From Candidatus Bipolaricaulota bacterium (GTDB lineage Bacteria; Bipolaricaulota; Bipolaricaulia; RBG-16-55-9; DRXL01): a DNA stretch of 64,000 nucleotides. Shown one piece after another: positions 1 through 9,789 of the stretch; within the stretch, counting starts at the first letter, position 1, and every line of letters begins with the position of its first letter. The DNA is taken from the NCBI GenBank assembly GCA_938091745.1, contig CALLJK010000002.1, positions 26,842 through 90,841 of the forward strand. Direction: 5' to 3'. The notes below the pieces were generated by a model that had not been told where the DNA came from, ran no database searches, and saw only the letters and a program-made list of their open reading frames with translations. The translations under genes and the position numbers were made by a program.

Positions 1-2
1 GA

Positions 3-1991
3 GAGAAGCTCCTCCAGAAGCTCGGCATCTCCACTATCGAAGATCTGCTCACGTACTTTCCCCGACGCATCGAAGACCGTAGAGAGACAAAAAAGATCGT
101 GCAACTGCGCCACGGCGATAGAGTGACAGTTAAGGGGCGGGTACGCGCCGTAGATGTCATCAAGACCAGAAATAATCTCGAGATCGTCAAAGCCGCGATC
201 CAAGACAATACCGGGATTCTCTACGCTGTCTGGTTCAATCAACCGTGGCTCAAGAATCAGCTCGTTCAAGGGGAGCTGATCGCGCTCTACGGCACGGTCG
301 AGAGCACGCACGGACAACTTCAGATGAGCAACCCCGTTTGGGAGCCTGCAGAGAAGAAGTTTCTAACGGGGCGCCTTGTGCCCCTTTATCCCTCTACGGA
401 GGGGCTGAAGCCCTCTCTGCTCTATAGACTCATTCAGAATAATCTCGTGCTCTATCGCCCAACTCTTGTCGACGTGATCCCGGAAGAGATTCGGCTCCGA
501 CATGGGCTCTTGCCGCGCGCTGAGGCGTTTGAGAAGATTCACTTCCCCCAGAGCATTGAAGAGTATCAGAAAGCGCATGACACGCTTGCGTTTGAAGAGC
601 TCTTGCTCTTCCAAATTGGGGTCGCTCTTGAGAAGCAAAAGCTCGGCGAGCGCCCTGGGCGCAGCCTCATAATCTCCGATGAGAGACTTGAAGAATTTCT
701 TGGTGTGCTGCCGTTTCGGCTCACGCGCGCCCAAGAGCGCGCTCTCGCAGAGATCCGCGCGGATTTGGCCGCCCCTAAGCCCATGAACAGACTGCTGCAG
801 GGGGACGTCGGTTCGGGCAAGACAGTCGTCGCAACCGCAGCGTGTCTTATAGCTATAGAGTCGGGCTACCAAGCAGCGTTCATGGCCCCAACAGAGATCT
901 TAGCGCAGCAGCACTTTCGCAAGATTACAGAGCTGCTCGCGCGACTGAGCAAGCCCCCGCGAGTCGTCTTGCTCATCGGGAGCTTGCCCGAGCGCGAGAA
1001 AGAATTTTTACGCGCCGCGATCTCCAGGGGCGATATAGAGCTCGTGATCGGCACGCACGCGCTCATTCAAGAAGATCTCCAGTTCAAGAATCTAGGGCTG
1101 GCCGTGATCGATGAGCAGCATCGCTTCGGGGTGATCCAGCGCGCCCAGCTTGAACAGAAGGGCGAAAATTTAGATATTTTAGTCATGAGCGCCACGCCTA
1201 TCCCCCGGACGATCACCCTGACACTCTATGGGCAATTTGAGATCTCGATCTTGGATGAGCTGCCCTTTGCAAAAGAGATTCAGACGTTCTGGGTTTCTGA
1301 AGAGAAGCGCGACCAAGTCTATGAATTCGTCGCCCAACAATTGAAACAGGGCGCTCAGGCGTACATTGTCTTCCCGTTGATTGAAGAATCTGAAGAACTG
1401 GAGGTCAAAGCTGCGGTCCAAAGCAAGGAAGAGCTCGAGCGCACATTTCTGCGAGAATTTCGCGTGGGGCTGCTGCACGGGCGCATGAGCGAGAGCGAAA
1501 AACAAGCTGTTATGAAACAGCTCATCGCCAAAGAGCTTGATGCCCTTGTGAGCACGACGATCATTGAAGTCGGGATTGACGTGCCCGGCGCGACCGTGAT
1601 GGTCATCGAGCACGCTGACAGATTTGGCTTAGCGCAGCTCCATCAGCTACGGGGGCGGATCGGGCGGGCCGGGGATAAATCGTATTGCTTCGCAATAGCC
1701 ACGCCGCGCAGCGAGGACGCTCAGCGCCGTCTTGAAGTCTTTCAGAGCACGCTTGATGGCTTCCAGATCGCTGAAGAAGATCTAAAGATTCGAGGGCCAG
1801 GGGATATGCTCGGCGTTGCGCAGCATGGGCTGGACAGCACATTTAAAGTCGCGGATCTCATCGCAGACTTAGATCTGATGAAAGCCGCGCGGGAGGAAGC
1901 ATTTCGGCTTATCGCCCAGAACCCTGAGCACCCGCTGATCGAAGAGTTTCGGCGAAGATTTGGCGAGAAATTCGCATTGACGCGAGTATAA
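3..1991 (+). CDS. recG: ATP-dependent DNA helicase RecG (5' partial; reading frame is open from window edge)
   Basis: Frame 3 is open from nt 3 (EKLLQKLGISTIEDLLTYFPRRIEDR...) and continuous with the listed ORF. Helicase motifs GSGKT and DEQHRFGV are present, and the C-terminal RecG-type domain is seen. Confidence 0.9.
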   Translation, partial: EKLLQKLGISTIEDLLTYFPRRIEDRRETKKIVQLRHGDRVTVKGRVRAVDVIKTRNNLEIVKAAIQDNTGILYAVWFNQPWLKNQLVQGELIALYGTVESTHGQLQMSNPVWEPAEKKFLTGRLVPLYPSTEGLKPSLLYRLIQNNLVLYRPTLVDVIPEEIRLRHGLLPRAEAFEKIHFPQSIEEYQKAHDTLAFEELLLFQIGVALEKQKLGERPGRSLIISDERLEEFLGVLPFRLTRAQERALAEIRADLAAPKPMNRLLQGDVGSGKTVVATAACLIAIESGYQAAFMAPTEILAQQHFRKITELLARLSKPPRVVLLIGSLPEREKEFLRAAISRGDIELVIGTHALIQEDLQFKNLGLAVIDEQHRFGVIQRAQLEQKGENLDILVMSATPIPRTITLTLYGQFEISILDELPFAKEIQTFWVSEEKRDQVYEFVAQQLKQGAQAYIVFPLIEESEELEVKAAVQSKEELERTFLREFRVGLLHGRMSESEKQAVMKQLIAKELDALVSTTIIEVGIDVPGATVMVIEHADRFGLAQLHQLRGRIGRAGDKSYCFAIATPRSEDAQRRLEVFQSTLDGFQIAEEDLKIRGPGDMLGVAQHGLDSTFKVADLIADLDLMKAAREEAFRLIAQNPEHPLIEEFRRRFGEKFALTRV

Positions 1992-1998
1992 TAGAGCC

Positions 1999-2289
1999 AT
2001 GATCACGCGCGACGAGGTGCTCCATATTGCCAGGCTCGCAAGACTCAAACTCTCTGAAGACGAAGTGGCGCTCTTTCAGGAGCAGCTTGGGCGCATCTTA
2101 GGGTATTTTCGCCAGATAGAGAAGCTCGACACAGAAGAGATCCCGCCGATGAAGCACGCCTTAGATATACACACAGTCTTGCGCCCTGATGAGCCTCGTC
2201 CGTCGGTCTCCCCTGAAGAAGCCCTCAAGAACGCGCCCAAGCGCCGAGATAATTATTTCGTAGTCCCCAAGGTCGTAGAGAAGACCTAA
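1999..2289 (+). CDS. gatC: Asp-tRNA(Asn)/Glu-tRNA(Gln) amidotransferase subunit C
   Basis: 96 aa protein MITRDEVLHIARLARLKLSEDEV...FRQIEKLDTEEIPPM, the typical GatC length and signature. Confidence 0.85.
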   Translation: MITRDEVLHIARLARLKLSEDEVALFQEQLGRILGYFRQIEKLDTEEIPPMKHALDIHTVLRPDEPRPSVSPEEALKNAPKRRDNYFVVPKVVEKT

Positions 2290-2296
2290 CCCCAGA

Positions 2297-2357
2297 CCCC
2301 TTCCCTAAGAGGGAAGGGGCTCCCCTCCCCCTCCTTCAGGGGAGGGGCTGGGGGAGC
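2297..2357. repeat. Bipartite G/C-tract palindromic element (family 2: CCCCTTCCCT..GGGAAGGGG + CCCCTCCCC..GGGGAGGGGCTGGGGGAG). It sits between the convergent gatC and peptidase genes and probably acts as a bidirectional terminator.
   Basis: Two adjacent perfect hairpins can be read directly. A near-identical architecture recurs at 15165-15229. The last 7 codons (PLPQPLP) of the peptidase are encoded by it. Confidence 0.7.
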
Positions 2358-3997
2358 GGTTGGACCACCTGAACCCGTCTTGATGCGATATTGTTGTCAT
2401 AGCGATCAAGCTCGAGACGCAGCGCCGGATCGCGTAGGAGTCTTATAGGGTCTTGGAGATGGCGCACGCGCACCAACAGCAACGTGTCAAGAGTAGCCCG
2501 CGGCGGCACCCACAGGAACGTCGTCGTGGCTGAGCCGTTTGCAGGGATATTGATAAAATGCCGAAAGACCGGTTCTGTTGAAGAATCGCCGTCGTCATCT
2601 ATGGGCTGCCAACTCTCGGGCCACGCAGAGAAATCGAGCTGCGAATTGTCCTTCCAATAGAGCTCAACAATGGCATTGGGCACGTCCGTCAGCCCACGAT
2701 TATAGACTGTAACGTAGACACGATTGACCGCGTTCGCGACAGCATCCTCGTGATCGTTCTCTCCGAAGGGTTCTTCGGTCGCGTTAACGATCCCCACGGG
2801 TGCGCCATCTATTCGGATATCAGGGCTGAAGCCGATCTCACTCGACGGGACGCTGCCGTCATCAAGCTCGCTGTCGCGCACGATCAGTTCGGCAAGGGCT
2901 TGTTCTAGGAGATAGAGCGCTGCCGGGAGGTTCTCTTCAAACGTCGGGAGAATCTGATCAGCAGGGAGCACAAAGCCCGGCTCGCCCGTAGCTGGGCGCA
3001 GCTCGATCACAAGAGAGATACCCCCGGTCTCGCTGTAGAACCAATCGTTGGAGACGCCCGCTGCAGGATAAGGGCACTCTAAGCTGAGCTGGCACGCGCG
3101 ATAGCTCTGTCCGTGAGTGCTATAGATAAGCTTAGCCATCGTCTCGCCGATGCGTGCATACTCGACGCTATCGGAAGGAGGATCGAAGCGCACGTCTTCG
3201 CTCAACGGGATTGGGGGATCGAAGGAGTATCCCCACGGCCAGCCCACGATCTGCGAAAAGCTATGATAGTCAATAAACGCCTTGAAGCGCCGACGGGGGT
3301 CGAGCACGAGATCACGAATTGCTCGGATTTCGGGTTCGGAGAAGGGCTCCGGCCCGCGATATGTGAAGCTTTGGGGGTTGCGGCTGCCGCCGGCGCGTGA
3401 GTCCCACTGGAAGCCCCAATTTCTGTTTAAGTCAACCCCGAAAATGCCGTTGCCCAGGTCTCTTCGGTTCTTGCGCCACAGACGACAATAAAACTGTGGG
3501 GCCGTCGGGCAAGGATCGAGACGCGTGTACTCGTGCCCGTCAGGGTTGACCATTGGGACGATCCAGATCTCTAAGTTATCGAGTAGTCTCTTGACGCGCT
3601 CGTCGATCGCGTAATGCTGGGCTAGATATTGAGCGATGAGGAACGGGACTTCGACGCCGATCCACTCGCGGGCGTGTTGTCCTCCAATAAAGAGCGTTTC
3701 GGGTTCAGTGGGGTCTTCGATAGAAACAGCGTCGCTGAGTTTAATGGCCCAGATCTCGCGCCCTTCGTGGCTTTGCCCAAGAGAGACGACTTGGACAATC
3801 TGAGGATACTGCTCCGCGAGCGCAGAGAGATCGTCTTTCAAAGAGCGAAACTCCCAGACGCCAAAGCCGGCGATGTTCGTCGTCCCGGTGAAGTCATAAG
3901 CGTGATAGACGAGCGACGGCGGAAGCTGCGTCTGGGCTGGCTGATTGCTTGCAAAGATGGAGAGACTGAGAGCGATAAGCACGAGCGCCCGGCGCAT
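2336..3997 (-). CDS. Secreted zinc carboxypeptidase (M14 family) with C-terminal CARDB-like domain
   Basis: N-terminal signal peptide, the HAREWIG zinc-binding motif, and a C-terminal domain ending in a YDNN motif. GGAGG RBS lies 7 nt upstream on the minus strand. Confidence 0.75.
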   Translation of the reverse strand: MRRALVLIALSLSIFASNQPAQTQLPPSLVYHAYDFTGTTNIAGFGVWEFRSLKDDLSALAEQYPQIVQVVSLGQSHEGREIWAIKLSDAVSIEDPTEPETLFIGGQHAREWIGVEVPFLIAQYLAQHYAIDERVKRLLDNLEIWIVPMVNPDGHEYTRLDPCPTAPQFYCRLWRKNRRDLGNGIFGVDLNRNWGFQWDSRAGGSRNPQSFTYRGPEPFSEPEIRAIRDLVLDPRRRFKAFIDYHSFSQIVGWPWGYSFDPPIPLSEDVRFDPPSDSVEYARIGETMAKLIYSTHGQSYRACQLSLECPYPAAGVSNDWFYSETGGISLVIELRPATGEPGFVLPADQILPTFEENLPAALYLLEQALAELIVRDSELDDGSVPSSEIGFSPDIRIDGAPVGIVNATEEPFGENDHEDAVANAVNRVYVTVYNRGLTDVPNAIVELYWKDNSQLDFSAWPESWQPIDDDGDSSTEPVFRHFINIPANGSATTTFLWVPPRATLDTLLLVRVRHLQDPIRLLRDPALRLELDRYDNNIASRRVQVVQPLPQPLP

Positions 3998-4050
3998 ATA
4001 TGAACCTCCTCCACAAATACACGGAAGAGATTATAGCAAATGTGAGGCCC

Positions 4051-4767
4051 TCATGGTCGCACGATAGTGCCCACGTGCTCCCCACGAAGAGCTTTTTCTA
4101 AATTCCCCTTGCGAAAGACATCGAAGACTCTGATCGTAATTTTATTCTCCCGACAGATCGTCAGTGCCGTTAAGTCCATCACGTTTAGGCGCTTCTCTAT
4201 CGCTTCGTCGAAAGTAAGCTCTTTGTACAGCTTCGCGTTTGGATCTTTTTTGGGGTCGGCGCTGTAGACGCCAGGGACGTCGGTCGCTTTCAGTAAGATT
4301 TTCGCGCCGATCTCGCTCGCTCTAATAGCTGCAGCTGTATCTGTGGTTACGAAGGGATTGCCCGTTCCCCCAGCGAAGATCACGATCTTCTTCTCTGCAA
4401 GAGCTTGACGCGCACTGATGGGGTCAACAGGCTGCGCGTACGCCACGGGGATCGCTGACTGTAATAGAACAGAAATCCCCGTGCTCTCTAAACTTTGGCG
4501 CAATGCCATCCCGTTGAGCACAGTCGCGAGCATCCCCATCTGGTCGGCAACGACCCGGTCGAATTCCCTCACCTGCGCCCCACGAATGAAGTTGCCCCCA
4601 CCAACGACAAGAGCGAGCTCAATATCTAAGCTCTGAACGCGAGCGATCTGCGTGGTGAGCGACGCTAAGGCCCTCGGATCAATGCCTTGGGACCCCAGAG
4701 CCTCGCCAGAGAGCTTCAGTAAGAATCTATTTGCCGACTTCAAACCGGGCGAATCTCTTGATGACAA
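4051..4767 (-). CDS. pyrH: Uridylate (UMP) kinase
   Basis: Amino-acid kinase family. Motifs KLSGEAL, VVGGGN and KATDVPGVYSADP are typical of PyrH. Confidence 0.9.
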   Translation of the reverse strand: MSSRDSPGLKSANRFLLKLSGEALGSQGIDPRALASLTTQIARVQSLDIELALVVGGGNFIRGAQVREFDRVVADQMGMLATVLNGMALRQSLESTGISVLLQSAIPVAYAQPVDPISARQALAEKKIVIFAGGTGNPFVTTDTAAAIRASEIGAKILLKATDVPGVYSADPKKDPNAKLYKELTFDEAIEKRLNVMDLTALTICRENKITIRVFDVFRKGNLEKALRGEHVGTIVRP

Positions 4768-5335
4768 TGGTCTCGCCGACTTTGTTGGCGAGCTCTCCTA
4801 AAATATCCTCGACGGTGGTCTTCCCCGAAGGGTCTTTAATAAAGGGCTGCTTGAGCAAGCAGACTTGCTGATAGAAATTTTTTATCTTGCCCTCAACGAT
4901 CTTCTCGATGACCTGAGGGGGCTTGCCCTCCTGTTCGGCCTGATGACGATAGACTTCCTTCTCGCGCTCAAGGACCTCCGGAGGCACATCCTCAGGCTTA
5001 ATATACTGCGGGGGCGGGTACGCCGCTGCGATGTGCATCGCTAGATCTTTTAAGACCCCACGGAAAGCATCGCTGTTGGCGACAAAGTCCGTCTGGCAGT
5101 CCATCTCGAGTAAGACCCCTACGCGCCCATTGTGATGGATATACGCCTCGACACGCCCCTGATTAGTCTCCCCTGTACGCGAAGCAAAAAGCTCTTTCCC
5201 TTGCTCACGCAGGATGAGCTTCGCTTTCTCAAGGTCGCCGTTGGCTTGCTGAAGCGCTTTCTTGCAGTCCAAGATCCCAACGCCCGTCTCCTCACGAAGC
5301 TTCTTGACCAATTCGTTAAAGGACGTCATGCTCAT
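4727..5335 (-). CDS. tsf: Translation elongation factor Ts
   Basis: N-terminus [33 protein letters not shown] is the EF-Ts UBA-like signature. It sits in the conserved rpsB-tsf-pyrH order. Confidence 0.9.
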   Translation of the reverse strand: MSMTSFNELVKKLREETGVGILDCKKALQQANGDLEKAKLILREQGKELFASRTGETNQGRVEAYIHHNGRVGVLLEMDCQTDFVANSDAFRGVLKDLAMHIAAAYPPPQYIKPEDVPPEVLEREKEVYRHQAEQEGKPPQVIEKIVEGKIKNFYQQVCLLKQPFIKDPSGKTTVEDILGELANKVGETIVIKRFARFEVGK

Positions 5336-6153
5336 GCGGTGACACCCTCTTCGTTCTCAGTGATATCTGACTCGCTGATCTCTGCTGGCGGTGTAACTAG
5401 AGGTGTTTCTTCAGGCTTTTTGGCAGCAGCGGGGGCTTTGTCAGCGGAGCGCCCTTCGCGCCCTTCTAAGACGGCATCGGCGATGCGAGCTGTGATCAAT
5501 TTTGTAGCTTTGATCGCGTCGTCATTGCCAGGGATAGGAAAGTCAATGGGATCGGGATCGCAATTGGTGTCCACAATAGCTACCACGGGAATCCCCAATA
5601 ACTTCGCTTCGTGAATGGCGTTCTTCTCCAAGATCGTATCCACGACGAAGAGCACCCCAGGCAACTCCGTCATCTCGCGCAGGCCCTCGAGATTGCGCCG
5701 GAGCTTCATCAGTTCGCGGCGCCAATTCTGAGCTTCCTTTGGGGGCATAGCGTCGAAGACCCCGTTGGCTTCCATCTCTTCAAGGTCTTTGAGCCGTTGA
5801 ATACGCTTCTGAATCACGCCAAAGTTTGTCAGCGTCCCGCCCAGCCATCGCTGATTCACATAGTGGGCGCCGCAGCGCTTGGCCTCCTCAGCAATGGTCT
5901 CCTGTACTTGGCGCTTGGTCCCCACAAAGAGCGCGTTCTTCCCCGAAGCCACAGTATCGCGCACAAACAGATAGGCTTCCTCAAAGAGTCGGATGGTCTT
6001 CTCCAAATCTATAATGTGAATCCCTTTGCGCTCCGTAAAGATATATTCGCGCATCTTGGGGTTCCACTTGCGCACCCGGTGCCCAAAATGCACCCCCGTC
6101 TCGAGTAACTCTTTAATGGTTAGAAGCTCCACATCGCTTCCTCCTTTCTCCAA
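5332..6153 (-). CDS. rpsB: 30S ribosomal protein S2 (with acidic C-terminal extension)
   Basis: [15 protein letters not shown]2 signature; upstream of tsf. Confidence 0.92.
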   Translation of the reverse strand: MEKGGSDVELLTIKELLETGVHFGHRVRKWNPKMREYIFTERKGIHIIDLEKTIRLFEEAYLFVRDTVASGKNALFVGTKRQVQETIAEEAKRCGAHYVNQRWLGGTLTNFGVIQKRIQRLKDLEEMEANGVFDAMPPKEAQNWRRELMKLRRNLEGLREMTELPGVLFVVDTILEKNAIHEAKLLGIPVVAIVDTNCDPDPIDFPIPGNDDAIKATKLITARIADAVLEGREGRSADKAPAAAKKPEETPLVTPPAEISESDITENEEGVTA

Positions 6154-6239
6154 AGTTCCGAGCGTCTCTTCTATCTGATGAATAGGAGACAGATAAAGGG
6201 ACGCGCTAACAGTTCTCTACTGTAGCACAAGAAACATAA

Positions 6240-6278
6240 ATCTGCAAGTCCCCTCTACCTAAGCTATAATCATATTAG
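6240..6278 (+). promoter_or_regulatory. Putative dnaB promoter. A TATAAT -10 box at 6265-6270 ends 8 nt before the GTG start, so the transcript may be leaderless or have a very short leader.
   Basis: Consensus TATAAT read directly. No SD is visible between it and GTG 6279. Confidence 0.35.
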
Positions 6279-8915
6279 GTGATAACCGTGCCTGAAGAGT
6301 TTGCGCGACCGTTGCCCAAGAACCGCGAAGCTGAACAGGTCGTCCTCGGCGCGGCGATGCTTGAGCCCGAGAGCGTCGTCCCTCAGCTTCTACAAGCCCT
6401 CCAGCCCGACGACTTCTATTGGAAAGCGCATCAGATCATCTATCGAGTGATTCTGGAGCTCTTTGAAGGTGGCAAACCCGCCGATCTGATCACCGTGGGG
6501 AATCGTCTGGATGAGCTGAACAAGCTCGACGATGTCGGGGGCCGCGCGTATCTGAGCGAGCTGCTCACCAAAGTCACCACGACCGCCAGCGTGCCCTACT
6601 ATGCGGAAATTATCAAGAAAAAAGCAGTGCTGCGGGCGCTCATCGAGGCCGGCCATGAGATCGCTGAGCTCGGCTTCAACGAAGAGCAAGAACTCGAGCC
6701 TTTGCTCGATGCCGCCGAAGAGAAGATCTTCCAGATCTCACGCTTCCAGCTCACGCACGACTTCCATCTCATCCGAGATTTCTTACATGAGCATCTGGAG
6801 CGCCTTGAGAAGCTCCAACGCGATCCGTCCCAACACGCGGTGACGGGCTTGCCCACCGGCTATAGGAGATTCGACGAGATGACCGCGGGGCTGCAGCCGT
6901 CCGATCTCATCGTGATCGCGGCGCGCCCCAGCATGGGCAAGACGTCACTTGCGCTTTCTATCGGGCGCAATATGGCCTTGCGCTTCGGCAAGTGCGTCGG
7001 GTTCTTTAGCTTAGAGATGACCAAAGAACAGCTGCTCGAGCGCTTGCTCTGCGCCGAGGCGCGGATTAACTTGCATCGGTTGCGCGGAGGGTATCTGCAG
7101 ACAGACTCCGAGTCCTGGCGACGCATCATCAACGCAGCAAGTAAGCTCCAGAACAGTAAGATTATCATTGACGACACGCCCAGTATTTCAGTGTTAGAGC
7201 TGAAAGCCAAAGCGCGGCGCATGAAGACCGAGCATAATCTCGACATACTCTTTGTCGATTATTTGCAGTTAGTCGAAGCAGGAGCCCACGCAGACGTGCG
7301 CGAACAAGAGGTCGCGTACATTGCGCGGTCGCTCAAGGGATTAGCACGAGAGCTCAATATCCCTGTCGTAGCAGTCTCTCAGTTGTCGCGCGCGCCGGAG
7401 CGCCCGCCGCGCAGACCGAGATTGTCAGACTTGCGCGAATGCGTGACCGGCGATACCCAAGTCATCGACGGCAAGACTGGCAACTTAATAGAAGTCCGTT
7501 GTGTTAGCCCTGGCATGACCGTGATCGCCTTAGATCATAAACAACGCTTATGCCCAGCGCGTGTCCTCGACGTAATCCCCAAGGGAGCCAACCAAGTATA
7601 TAGAGTCCGCACGCAGACAGGACGCGAGATCCGCGTGACTGCTGCACATCCGTTTCTGACAGCAGAGGGATGGCGTTCGTTGCGGCATTTGGCTCCAGGG
7701 GATTTGATTGCGACCATGCGCTCCGTCACACTCCCTGGGGAGCCGCGTCCGCCGGAACTCTGCCGATTCCTTGGATATCTGACTGGTGACGGCACATATC
7801 TGCGCCATCGCGAAGTCGGGTTTATCAACTCGGACCCTATCTTAGTTCAAGACGTTGTAGATATTGCGCGAAAGTATTTTAATATAGAGATCTCCGCCCG
7901 GCGGCGTTTTACAAGTGAACAAGTGACATTCGTCAAGAAGAACTCGAATGGGTACGGGCGGCCCTTTGGCAACCCCGTGCGGAATTGGCTCCGTGAGCTT
8001 GGCCTCGTAGGGCAGCGATACGACCAGAAGAGCGTTCCTGATTGGATTCTCACTGCTGATACCCCAAGTATCTCGGAGTATTTAGGAGGCCTCTTCGCCA
8101 CTGATGGGACTATAGTGCGCAGATCGAGAGGATATTGGGATGTGAAACTCAGCACGACAAGCCTCCAGTTAGCCAAACAAGTTCAGTATCTGTTGGCTCG
8201 CTTGGGTATTGTGACAGGGATAACATCAGGCTATAAGAGTGTGAAAGCTACATGCCCTATTTATACGGTGTATGTGTCACGCAGCGAAGAGAACCTGAGA
8301 AAATTTGCCTTGCTTATCCCCTTACGAGGGAAAAAGGCCCTGTTAGCTCAGGAGCTTCTCCTCTCCATGCCGCGTCAGCAGACCAATAGTGTTCTTGAGG
8401 CCTTGCCCCCATCTGTTTCTCTGCTGATCAATCAACGGCGTCGAGAACAGGGCCTCTCTCACGCAGCTGTGGGATATCGCGCTGTAGGAAAGCGCATCTC
8501 TCGCTCACGCGCGGCCGCGGTTGCTGAACGATTGCGTGATCCATTGTTGCATCAATGGGCTACCAGCGATCTTCTCTGGGAGAGGGTCGTCTCAATCACG
8601 CCTGAGGGTGAGGAGCCAGTCTGGGATTTGGTCGTAGAAGGCGTGCACAATTTTGTTGCGAATGGGATTATCGTTCACAATTCCGGGGAGATCGAACAGA
8701 CAGCTGATGTCGTGCTTTTTCTATATCGCGAAGACACGGGCAGCGAAGAGAGCCCCGACGAAGCAGAGAGCTCCTCGCCCTTAGTCCACGAGACCGAGAT
8801 CATCATCGGGAAGCAGCGCAACGGCCCAACGGGATCGTTCCCGTTACTCTTCCATCGCGCCTACACAAGCTTTGAAGAATACTACGTAGGCGAAGAGGAA
8901 GGGCCGCGGTTTTAA
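6279..8915 (+). CDS. dnaB: Replicative DNA helicase DnaB, interrupted in-frame by a 414-aa intein (extein about 464 aa)
   Basis: DnaB N-terminal domain and Walker A (ARPSMGKTS). The conserved SDLRE | SGEIEQTAD motif is split by the intein sequence C-VTGDT...IIVHN. Confidence 0.92.
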   Translation: MITVPEEFARPLPKNREAEQVVLGAAMLEPESVVPQLLQALQPDDFYWKAHQIIYRVILELFEGGKPADLITVGNRLDELNKLDDVGGRAYLSELLTKVTTTASVPYYAEIIKKKAVLRALIEAGHEIAELGFNEEQELEPLLDAAEEKIFQISRFQLTHDFHLIRDFLHEHLERLEKLQRDPSQHAVTGLPTGYRRFDEMTAGLQPSDLIVIAARPSMGKTSLALSIGRNMALRFGKCVGFFSLEMTKEQLLERLLCAEARINLHRLRGGYLQTDSESWRRIINAASKLQNSKIIIDDTPSISVLELKAKARRMKTEHNLDILFVDYLQLVEAGAHADVREQEVAYIARSLKGLARELNIPVVAVSQLSRAPERPPRRPRLSDLRECVTGDTQVIDGKTGNLIEVRCVSPGMTVIALDHKQRLCPARVLDVIPKGANQVYRVRTQTGREIRVTAAHPFLTAEGWRSLRHLAPGDLIATMRSVTLPGEPRPPELCRFLGYLTGDGTYLRHREVGFINSDPILVQDVVDIARKYFNIEISARRRFTSEQVTFVKKNSNGYGRPFGNPVRNWLRELGLVGQRYDQKSVPDWILTADTPSISEYLGGLFATDGTIVRRSRGYWDVKLSTTSLQLAKQVQYLLARLGIVTGITSGYKSVKATCPIYTVYVSRSEENLRKFALLIPLRGKKALLAQELLLSMPRQQTNSVLEALPPSVSLLINQRRREQGLSHAAVGYRAVGKRISRSRAAAVAERLRDPLLHQWATSDLLWERVVSITPEGEEPVWDLVVEGVHNFVANGIIVHNSGEIEQTADVVLFLYREDTGSEESPDEAESSSPLVHETEIIIGKQRNGPTGSFPLLFHRAYTSFEEYYVGEEEGPRF
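7440..8681 (+). mobile_element. Intein with LAGLIDADG homing-endonuclease domain inside dnaB (Cys1 at 7440-7442, terminal HN at 8676-8681, +1 Ser at 8682)
   Basis: Hint blocks are present: A CVTGDTQV, B TAAHPF, F VWDLVVEG, G NFVANGIIVHN-S. Two LAGLIDADG motifs (LGYLTGDGTY, LGGLFATDGTI). Length is 1242 nt, a multiple of 3. Confidence 0.88.
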
Positions 8916-8920
8916 CAAAC

Positions 8921-8950
8921 TTGCCTAACTCATAAAGAATCCGTTATAAT
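8921..8950 (+). promoter_or_regulatory. Sigma70-like promoter for the liv ABC operon (TTGCCT, 18-nt spacer, TATAAT)
   Basis: -35 at 8921-8926 and -10 at 8945-8950 read directly, 33 nt upstream of GTG 8983. Confidence 0.5.
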
Positions 8951-8982
8951 TTCGGCAAATTACGCGGGGGTGCTTACGAGCA

Positions 8983-9789
8983 GTGAGTAGCGAAGTCTTG
9001 CTCGAGGTGCGCAACTTGGTTAAAGACTTTGGTGGGCTACGCGCTGTCAACAACTGCTCGCTGTCAGTGAAGCGCGGCACGATCACGGGCTTGATTGGCC
9101 CCAACGGCGCAGGCAAGACTACGCTCTTCAATCTCATCACGGGCTTCTATAAGCCCGACAGCGGGCGGGTCATCTTCCAAGGGGAGGAGATCACGGGGCT
9201 CCCTCCCCATCGCGTCTTTCATAAAGGGCTCTGCCGCACCTTTCAGATCCCGCGAGAGTTCAAACAGATGACCGTCCTCGAGAACTTGATGGTCGTCCCA
9301 GCAAGGCAGCTTGGGGAGAATCTCTTCTATCCCTTGTTGAGACCAGGGCTCATCCGTCGTCAAGAGGCCGAGATCCGTGAGAAAGCTCTACAAATCTTAG
9401 AATTCGTGAACCTGCTCGAATTGCGCGATGAATACGCGGGCAATCTCTCAGGCGCACAGAAGAAACTCTTGGAACTCGCTCGAGCGCTGATGGGCGATCC
9501 TACGATGATCTTGCTGGATGAGCCCAGCGCAGGGGTCAACCCCACCGTGATGCACGGGCTCGTCGAATATATTGAGAGACTTGTGCGCGACAAGGGCGTG
9601 ACCGTCTTTCTCATTGCGCACGATATGGATTTAGTCATGAACTTATGCAACCCCGTGATTGTCATGTGCAACGGGGAGAAATTAGCTGAGGGCACACCCC
9701 AGGAGATTCAGAAAGACGAGCGCGTCTTAGAAGCATACTTGGGAAGCCAGTATCAAGCTCTCGCGCGAGGGAAAGTATGGCACTCCTAG
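8983..9789 (+). CDS. livG: Branched-chain amino acid ABC transporter ATP-binding protein (LivG type)
   Basis: Walker A GPNGAGKTT, LSGAQKK signature, and the LivG-type C-terminal extension. Confidence 0.85.
   Translation: MSSEVLLEVRNLVKDFGGLRAVNNCSLSVKRGTITGLIGPNGAGKTTLFNLITGFYKPDSGRVIFQGEEITGLPPHRVFHKGLCRTFQIPREFKQMTVLENLMVVPARQLGENLFYPLLRPGLIRRQEAEIREKALQILEFVNLLELRDEYAGNLSGAQKKLLELARALMGDPTMILLDEPSAGVNPTVMHGLVEYIERLVRDKGVTVFLIAHDMDLVMNLCNPVIVMCNGEKLAEGTPQEIQKDERVLEAYLGSQYQALARGKVWHS

Noticed and set aside
363-872. 169-aa minus-strand ORF inside recG, with similar antisense ORFs at 1179-1613 and 1603-1842
   Set aside because: It lies antisense to a well-conserved helicase and has low-complexity Arg/Ala-rich composition typical of spurious frames in high-GC DNA.
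3629-4003. 124-aa plus-strand ORF that could have been frr downstream of pyrH
   Set aside because: It lies on the wrong strand for the rpsB-tsf-pyrH operon and is antisense to the peptidase N-terminus. It does not resemble the ribosome recycling factor.
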